Assembly (NCBI GenBank): GCA_035460225.1
Contig: DATHWX010000022.1
Location: 42,250-106,249 of the forward strand
DNA: 64,000 nt
Reading direction: 5' to 3'
From: Methylotenera sp.
Lineage (GTDB): Bacteria; Pseudomonadota; Gammaproteobacteria; Burkholderiales; Methylophilaceae
In this document: piece after piece, positions 58,072 to 64,000 of the stretch
Layout of the letters: every line of letters starts with the position of its first letter
Position numbering within the stretch: position 1 is the first letter of the stretch
Program-made: the position numbers and the translations under genes
The notes under the pieces: model-generated
What the model saw: only the letters and a program-made list of their open reading frames with translations
Told to the model about the DNA's origin: nothing
Databases searched by the model: none

Positions 58072-58962
58072 ATGCCAAGACCACTGTGGAAAGGGGCGAT
58101 CAGTTTCGGCCTGATTCATATTCCGGTTGATCTGTACGCTGCCGAAAGCTCGCATCAGATTGACTTGGACATGCTGGATAAACGCGACTTTGCACCTATC
58201 GGTTATAAACGCGTGAATAAGAAAACCGGCAAAGAGGTCGAGTGGAAAGATATCGTCAAAGGCTATGAGTTTGAAGATAACCAATATGTTGTGATTAGCG
58301 AAGAAGACATCAAACGGGCGAACCCGGAAGCGACTCAGACCATCGATATTCTGGCTTTTATTGATGCAGACGAAATCTCTCCTATTTATTTTGACCAGCC
58401 TTATTACCTGGCACCTTCCAAGGGTGGAGACAAAGTCTATGCCCTGTTACGTGAGACGCTAAAGAAGTCCGGCAAGATCGCCGTGGCGCAAGTTGTTATC
58501 CGTGTGAAGCAGCACATTGCCGCGCTGATACCGATAGAAGACATGATCGTGCTGAACCTCCTGCGCTACGCCGATGACATGCGGGCGATGGATCAATACA
58601 AAGTGCCAAAGACATTAAGCGGAAAAACTGCGGTATCGGCTAAAGAAGTACAGATGGCTTTGTCTTTGGTAGAAGGCATGACTGAAAAGTGGGATCCAAA
58701 ACTTTACAAAGATAACTACCGCAACGACTTGATGAAGCTGATAGAAAAACGGATCAAATCCAAACAAACCAAAGTACTGGACGAAAGCGAACCGCCTGAA
58801 GCGGCGCCAACATCCAATATCGTCGACATTATGGCTTTGCTGAAACAAAGCATCGAATCTAAAACCAGCAAGGCTAAAGGCAGCAGTAAGGAAAGTAAAA
58901 CTGAAGCGAAAAGCACTAAATCATCGGGTAAAGGAAGCCCTAAACCAAGGAAAGCAGCATGA
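58072..58962 (+). CDS. ku: Non-homologous end joining protein Ku
   Basis: RPLWKGAISFGLIHIPV, IVKGYE, YFDQPYYL, Y.LLRE.L, basic C-terminal tail. Confidence 0.97.
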   Translation: MPRPLWKGAISFGLIHIPVDLYAAESSHQIDLDMLDKRDFAPIGYKRVNKKTGKEVEWKDIVKGYEFEDNQYVVISEEDIKRANPEATQTIDILAFIDADEISPIYFDQPYYLAPSKGGDKVYALLRETLKKSGKIAVAQVVIRVKQHIAALIPIEDMIVLNLLRYADDMRAMDQYKVPKTLSGKTAVSAKEVQMALSLVEGMTEKWDPKLYKDNYRNDLMKLIEKRIKSKQTKVLDESEPPEAAPTSNIVDIMALLKQSIESKTSKAKGSSKESKTEAKSTKSSGKGSPKPRKAA

Positions 58963-61577
58963 GTTTACAAAAATACTGGCTAAAACGTGATTTTAAAGAA
59001 ACGCCGGAGCCACGTGGTGAAGTTACTAAGTCGACCAAGCAATTGGCTTACTATATCCAGCGGCATCATGCCACCCGCTTGCATTATGATTTTCGCCTAG
59101 AACTCAATGGCACTTTAAAAAGCTGGGCTGTGCCCAAAGGACCAAGCCTAGATCCTGCCGACAAGCGCTTGGCTGTGCATGTAGAGGATCATCCGCTAGC
59201 CTATGGAACCTTTGAGGGGCAAATCCCCAAAGGCCAGTACGGAGCAGGGCAGGTGATTTTGTGGGATAGGGGTATCTGGAAGCCGCTAGGTGACCCGGAA
59301 AAAGGCTATCGCGACGGTAATCTAAAGTTCGAACTGCAAGGTGAAAAACTTTCTGGCAAATGGGCGCTAGTGAGGATGAAACCACGGCCAGATGAAGCAG
59401 GCGATAAAGAAAACTGGCTGCTCATTAAAGAAAAAGATGATGAAGCAAAAACAGGTGATGAAAGCCATATTACCGATTTAAGGCCGGAAAGCGTATTACA
59501 CCTAAAAAAGCCCGCAAAAAGTAAAGCTACCCAAGCGACGCAAAACATTGCTAAAACCCACACAGCCACACTAAAACCTATGGCATTACCCGCGCTGATC
59601 AGTCCTGAACTGGCAACGCTTGTAAAAACTGCACCCACAGGCGATGAATGGCTTTCCGAAGTGAAATATGACGGTTACCGCGCTTTAAGCCGTATCGAAA
59701 ATTCACATGCAGTGATTTATAGCCGTAACGGGAATGATTGGACGCGGCATTGGCCGCAGATAGCGGAACTGTTAGCAAAATTACCGGTGGACGAAGCGTG
59801 GCTAGATGGTGAAGTCGTCGCAATCAAAGATGGCAAGATCAATTTTGGCGCGTTGCAGAATTATGATCCTGCGCACAAAGATGCGGATATCGAGCTTAAG
59901 TATTACATCTTTGACCTGATCTATTTGAATGGCCAGGACATCAGCCACTTTCCTTTGCTGGATAGGAAAAGCTTGCTGAAAGAGATACTGTCCTCGCAAC
60001 GCAAAGATTCGATGCTGCAATACAGCGACCATGTGGCGGGTCAGGCAAAGCAGGCGTTTGAGAATGCCTGCGAGCAAGGCATTGAGGGCATCGTCATCAA
60101 ACATAGCAGCTCGCCTTATGTGCAGGCGCGCACCCATAACTGGCTTAAGTTGAAATGTTCACAGCGTCAGGAGTTCGTCATTGGCGGTTATACGGATCCC
60201 GAAGGCAGTAGGCAAGGCTTTGGCGCAATACTCTTAGGCTATTACAACGACAAGAAAGAGCTGTTGTATGCAGGTCGAGTAGGCACTGGTTTTAATGGTG
60301 CAATGATTGATAAGCTTGCCGCGCGCTTTAAACCTCTTACTCAATCTAAGGCAGCCTTTGCAAATCCTCCTAGGGGTTACGAGGCGAAAGGCGTGCATTG
60401 GCTACAGCCAAAATTAGTGGCTGAAGTTAATTTTGCGGAATGGACTTCTGATGGCATCGTGCGCCACGCTTCATTCGTTGAGATGCGTGAAGATAAGCCT
60501 GCCGAACAGATCATCCGTGAAGTTCCGGCTAACGTAAAAGCAATCGAATCTGAGGAAGCATCTGCTATGAAAGAAGCTCAAACAAGTACTCATTCCGAAC
60601 CAAAATCAGTTGCCGCAGATAAAGCCAGTTCAAAGAAAACCAGTTCAAAACAAACCACTGATGTTGGCAAAACTGATACTACAACCGCTGGCAGTAACGT
60701 GATACAAGGCGTGACCATTAGCCATCCGGAACGGGTTATTTACACACCGCAAAAAATCACAAAGCTGAACGTGGCCGAATACTATCAAGCTGCAGAACGC
60801 TGGCTGATGCCCCATTTGATTGGGCGTCCATTGTCTTTACTGCGCTGCCCGGATGGCACCGAAACAGAATGTTTTTTCCAGAAACACCTAGATGAATTTA
60901 AGCTCAAGCATGTGCAGAAAATCGATGTGGATGCTAATGACAAAGGCAAATATCTGGTCGCCAATAACATAGCCAGCGTCATCGAACTGGTGCAGATGGG
61001 TGTGATCGAGCTGCATACCTGGGGCTCAACCACCAAGAATATTCACCAACCTGACCGCTTTATTTTTGACTTGGACCCTGACCCTGCGGTGCCATGGGAA
61101 AAAGTAATTGAAGGCGCAAGTCTAGTAAGGTATCTGCTGGAGAATATGGGGCTGGATTGTTACCTTAAAACTACCGGAGGCAAAGGTTTGCATATCGTGG
61201 TACCTATCAAGCCTGAGCATGAATTCCCCGTCATTAAAGCCTTTACCAAAAGTATCGCCACACACCTTGCCGAAACGATCCCTACGCATTTTGTTGCGGT
61301 GATGAGCAAGGAAAAAAGGAAGAACAAGATATTTATTGATTACCTGCGTAATGGGGAAGAGGCGACTGCGATTGCCGCATATTCATTACGTGCCAGGCCT
61401 GGCGCCGCGATCTCAGTGCCATTGCGGTGGGATGAATTAAATGCGGATATGAAATCTGACAGCTTTAATATGCTGAATATCTATGAGCGTTTGCTGGATT
61501 TAAGGCAGGATCCGTGGGAAAAGTATTACACGTCCAAGCAAGTCATTACACAAGCGATGCTGAAAACTTTTGAATAG
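58959..61577 (+). CDS. ligD: NHEJ DNA ligase D (phosphoesterase-ligase-polymerase order)
   Basis: HHATRLHYDFRLE and SWAVPKGPS (PE); EVKYDGYR (LIG); FFQKH, FDLDP, KTTGGKGLH and IFIDYLRN (POL); ATGA overlap with ku. Confidence 0.97.
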   Translation: MSLQKYWLKRDFKETPEPRGEVTKSTKQLAYYIQRHHATRLHYDFRLELNGTLKSWAVPKGPSLDPADKRLAVHVEDHPLAYGTFEGQIPKGQYGAGQVILWDRGIWKPLGDPEKGYRDGNLKFELQGEKLSGKWALVRMKPRPDEAGDKENWLLIKEKDDEAKTGDESHITDLRPESVLHLKKPAKSKATQATQNIAKTHTATLKPMALPALISPELATLVKTAPTGDEWLSEVKYDGYRALSRIENSHAVIYSRNGNDWTRHWPQIAELLAKLPVDEAWLDGEVVAIKDGKINFGALQNYDPAHKDADIELKYYIFDLIYLNGQDISHFPLLDRKSLLKEILSSQRKDSMLQYSDHVAGQAKQAFENACEQGIEGIVIKHSSSPYVQARTHNWLKLKCSQRQEFVIGGYTDPEGSRQGFGAILLGYYNDKKELLYAGRVGTGFNGAMIDKLAARFKPLTQSKAAFANPPRGYEAKGVHWLQPKLVAEVNFAEWTSDGIVRHASFVEMREDKPAEQIIREVPANVKAIESEEASAMKEAQTSTHSEPKSVAADKASSKKTSSKQTTDVGKTDTTTAGSNVIQGVTISHPERVIYTPQKITKLNVAEYYQAAERWLMPHLIGRPLSLLRCPDGTETECFFQKHLDEFKLKHVQKIDVDANDKGKYLVANNIASVIELVQMGVIELHTWGSTTKNIHQPDRFIFDLDPDPAVPWEKVIEGASLVRYLLENMGLDCYLKTTGGKGLHIVVPIKPEHEFPVIKAFTKSIATHLAETIPTHFVAVMSKEKRKNKIFIDYLRNGEEATAIAAYSLRARPGAAISVPLRWDELNADMKSDSFNMLNIYERLLDLRQDPWEKYYTSKQVITQAMLKTFE

Positions 61578-61638
61578 CCATGCTTAACTCAGCTTCGTTA
61601 AGACAGCATCGTTTGTACTGTTACTGTTAGTGGAAGCG

Positions 61639-62052
61639 TTAAAGCGGGAAGAAATCCTGACCTACGCAACGGCCAATCACGATCTCGTCATTTAATTTTT
61701 TAAAGCTTTTGATGGTTGATAATAGTCGTGGATCATCCATTAACTGATGAAGGCTGTTTGAATCGCTTTCGAAAAGCAATCGTTCCATCGCAGGATTCCA
61801 GTCGAGAAATAGAGATGAAAAATATTGCAAATCCACAATATGGTTATTCATCATCACGCAGATCGCGAAAGCGTTTTTTTGCTGCGTTTGAAATTGAGCA
61901 GGAATCTTAAAAGTATCTTCCCTTAACGCAGGCGGGGAGTAATTGTTTTGAAAGAAACGGCCGAGATGGTCGCTGCAATAATCCCTGCTGAATTCAACCA
62001 AATCAGTAAATTGAATCGATTTGTTCAATGAAATATTTGCCGATGCCCGCAT
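61639..62052 (-). CDS. Hypothetical protein
   Basis: 137-aa ORF with a taagga RBS, filling the gap between ligD and the cco genes; no known motif. Confidence 0.55.
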   Translation of the reverse strand: MRASANISLNKSIQFTDLVEFSRDYCSDHLGRFFQNNYSPPALREDTFKIPAQFQTQQKNAFAICVMMNNHIVDLQYFSSLFLDWNPAMERLLFESDSNSLHQLMDDPRLLSTIKSFKKLNDEIVIGRCVGQDFFPL

Positions 62053-62153
62053 TGCTTGTTCCTTATGATGTACCTATATCAATGGTCCTATATTGATGGC
62101 ATAGGCTTACATGAACCTTACAAAAGCTAAATCAAATATTTTTTGATTAATAA

Positions 62154-62220
62154 CTTCAAAGATTTCCTACAAATTTTTCAGATTTGGCTGATGGAAAATA
62201 ACTGGATTTAATAATAAATT
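62154..62220 (+). promoter_or_regulatory. Tandem boxes plus -10 element upstream of the cbb3-like operon
   Basis: N6-CCTACA half-site (62166-62171) then TTTCAG-ATTTGG-CTGATG (62176-62193) at 22-bp period; TAAATT at 62215 is 21 nt downstream. Confidence 0.55.
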
Positions 62221-62246
62221 CCATCATCTACTAAGGGAGATGGGAA

Positions 62247-62495
62247 TTGCTTACGGATTCTTTTACGCTGATATTGTTAAGCCTTGCAATTAGCTTGCCG
62301 CCACTGATTTTTCTGTTCTTAGCCATCATTAATGGTCAATTTGAACGCCTGGATTCCACCGCCGAATCAATCTTCGAAGAAAATGAACTGCGTTATGCGC
62401 GTCCCTGGGAAAACAGTGCTCAAGCCAGTTCCCGCTTAGCCAAGTATGGCGTGCCCCTTAATAATCCGCTTAAAGAGTGGGAGCACTGGTTATGA
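62247..62495 (+). CDS. Small membrane protein, CcoS-like (cbb3 oxidase maturation)
   Basis: Single TM helix followed by AIINGQFE..D..A.SIF; ATGA overlap with ccoN; TTG start after agggag. Confidence 0.6.
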   Translation: MLTDSFTLILLSLAISLPPLIFLFLAIINGQFERLDSTAESIFEENELRYARPWENSAQASSRLAKYGVPLNNPLKEWEHWL

Positions 62496-63967
62496 GCGAA
62501 GCGGCCGTTCCATCCAATGCGCAAGACGGCGCTATCGACCACAGCAAATTAAAAATAAGCCCGGAAGATATTAAAGAGTACGACGGTTCTAGCAGGACAG
62601 TCGTGTTATTTGGATTTTTCATCGCTATCGTTTGGCTGCTCATCGGCACGATAGCAGGGGATTTAACCAGTTTTAAGTTTGACAAGCCGGACTTCCTTAC
62701 GGAACAGGCCTACCTGACATTTGGCCGAATAAGGCCAGCACATCTGAACATTATGGTGTATGGCTGGGCTTCCACGGCCATGTTCGCCGTCTCACTGTGG
62801 CTGATGCCCAGGCTTTGCCGTACTCGCTTGCGCTGGGGTAGTGTTGCAGTCGTCGGCATGCTGATATGGAACATCGGCCTGATTATAGGCATTGTGCTGA
62901 TGTTGAATGGCACCAATGATGGCATGGAATGGCTAGAGCTGGATAGGTACCGTTCCGACCCGCTTTTAATCGTCGGAGCCGCTTTGGTGGGCGCTTCTAT
63001 CTGGCGTACCTTAGCAGCCCGTAATATCCATCATCTCTACGTGTCGGTCTGGTATGTGGCTGCCTCTTATCCCTGGTTCCTCATTATATTTATTACGGGA
63101 AACCTTCCCATTTATCAAGGTGTCGAATCGGCCGCTGCGAACTGGTTTTATGCCCATAACGCATTGGGCTTATGGCTCACAACGATTAACCTGGGGCTGA
63201 TTTATTATCTCCTGCCAAAAATCATAGGCCGGCCCATATACTCTTATTGGCTTTCCTTGGTAGGTTTCTGGGGCCTAGCGCTGTTTTACGCCTTGAATGG
63301 TATGCATCACCTTATTGGTGGACCTATGCCTTCCTGGATGATCGCTACGTCGATCACAGCTAGTATCTTGATGGTGATTCCTGTTGTCGCGGTAGGCATC
63401 AATCAGCATATGACCGTAGTCGGGCGCTTTGGCGCAATGCGCTATTCGCCTGCATTGACGTTAGCCGTTATTGCCGCGATGGCTTATACCGCAGTTTCGC
63501 TACAAGGCATATTGACCGCGCTGGTGAGCGTAAACCGTATTACCCACTTTACGCATTGGACGATTGCGCATTCGCATTTGGGTTTATATATGTTCGTCAC
63601 TTTGTCTTTATTCGGCGGCATCTATTACATACTTCCCCGTTTGTTGAATAAGGAGTGGCCGAGCACAAGCCTGATTCGGGCGCATATTCTGTTAGCTGGC
63701 GGCGGCATGGTGCTCTATGTGGTTGCCTTAGGTGCCGGCGGCGTATTGCAGGGTTTGGCTTGGTTGGACCCAGCACAAGGCTTTGCAGCATCGGTGAATA
63801 ACGTCAAGCCCTGGCTGTTTGTACGCAGTATTTCCGCGGTGATCATTACCTTGGGCCATTTCGTATTCGCCTATCATTGCTATCTGCTGGCCTTTACGAC
63901 CCGTAGCCATACTTCGCGGCATCCACCGTTCTTTGATATCAAGCCTGTGCTGGTAAGGAAGAAATAA
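62492..63967 (+). CDS. ccoN: cbb3-type (C-family) heme-copper oxidase subunit I, divergent
   Basis: FGRIRPAHLN, NWFYAHN, IYSYWLS, Y-x5-HH (YALNGMHHL), HFTHWTIAHSH; about 12 TM helices. Start at ATG 62492. Confidence 0.85.
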   Translation: MSEAAVPSNAQDGAIDHSKLKISPEDIKEYDGSSRTVVLFGFFIAIVWLLIGTIAGDLTSFKFDKPDFLTEQAYLTFGRIRPAHLNIMVYGWASTAMFAVSLWLMPRLCRTRLRWGSVAVVGMLIWNIGLIIGIVLMLNGTNDGMEWLELDRYRSDPLLIVGAALVGASIWRTLAARNIHHLYVSVWYVAASYPWFLIIFITGNLPIYQGVESAAANWFYAHNALGLWLTTINLGLIYYLLPKIIGRPIYSYWLSLVGFWGLALFYALNGMHHLIGGPMPSWMIATSITASILMVIPVVAVGINQHMTVVGRFGAMRYSPALTLAVIAAMAYTAVSLQGILTALVSVNRITHFTHWTIAHSHLGLYMFVTLSLFGGIYYILPRLLNKEWPSTSLIRAHILLAGGGMVLYVVALGAGGVLQGLAWLDPAQGFAASVNNVKPWLFVRSISAVIITLGHFVFAYHCYLLAFTTRSHTSRHPPFFDIKPVLVRKK

Positions 63968-63969
63968 CC

Positions 63970-64000
63970 ATGACTAGGATACTTATGCTCATCATGGGAG
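63970..64000 (+). CDS. Start of the next gene, probably CcoO-like (truncated by the window end)
   Basis: ATG 2 nt after the ccoN stop, hydrophobic start MTRILMLIMG; identity inferred from position only. Confidence 0.45.
   Translation, partial: MTRILMLIMG

Noticed and set aside
47766-61577. Stress/repair region as a mobile island or anti-phage defence system
   Set aside because: No integrase, transposase, att repeats or tRNA border seen; the helicase/nuclease/ligase genes match known repair families.
62131-62147. ATCAA...TTGAT upstream of the cco genes as an FNR box
   Set aside because: The half-sites are in reverse order with the wrong spacing.
113-63922. Many short alternative-frame and antisense ORFs in the track (e.g. 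1881-2378, 7623-8120, 15273-15698, 40154-40552, 54329-54892)
   Set aside because: They lie inside well-supported genes and show no family motifs; treated as shadow ORFs.

Overview
Chromosomal window of a mid-GC betaproteobacterium. Methylophilaceae-like affiliation is inferred from gene content and order, not proven. I see no rRNA, tRNA, CRISPR array, prophage or IS. 1-20 kb is mostly housekeeping (queG/tsaE-amiC-mutL-miaA, dapC, pilU, split mnmD/mnmC), with inserted accessory genes: a SUV3-like helicase, a cold-shock/Excalibur membrane protein and an OGT-like TPR glycosyltransferase. 20-28 kb is a nine-gene lipid-modification operon resembling the furan-fatty-acid (ufaM/ufaD/ufaO) pathway. 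28-46 kb holds an atypical PQQ beta-propeller dehydrogenase, fpr-etfAB/finR/ETF-QO, a sigma54-driven amt with an unknown partner gene, msrB, a diguanylate cyclase and an MFS pump. From 31 kb onward there are many general-stress-type genes: csbD x2, an SDR, ybhP-clsB, DUF4142, a GH1-RmlD fusion, a YbdR-like dehydrogenase, Exo-ligase-Lhr-MPE divergent from Ku-LigD, and an atypical cbb3 oxidase. The most notable signal outside the ORFs is a recurring promoter architecture in front of these stress genes. It consists of tandem 18-bp palindromic boxes (core TMRG-N6-CYKA, RcsB/GacA-like) 22 bp apart, with a TAnnnT -10 element 21 nt downstream. This points to a candidate NarL/LuxR-type general-stress regulon.
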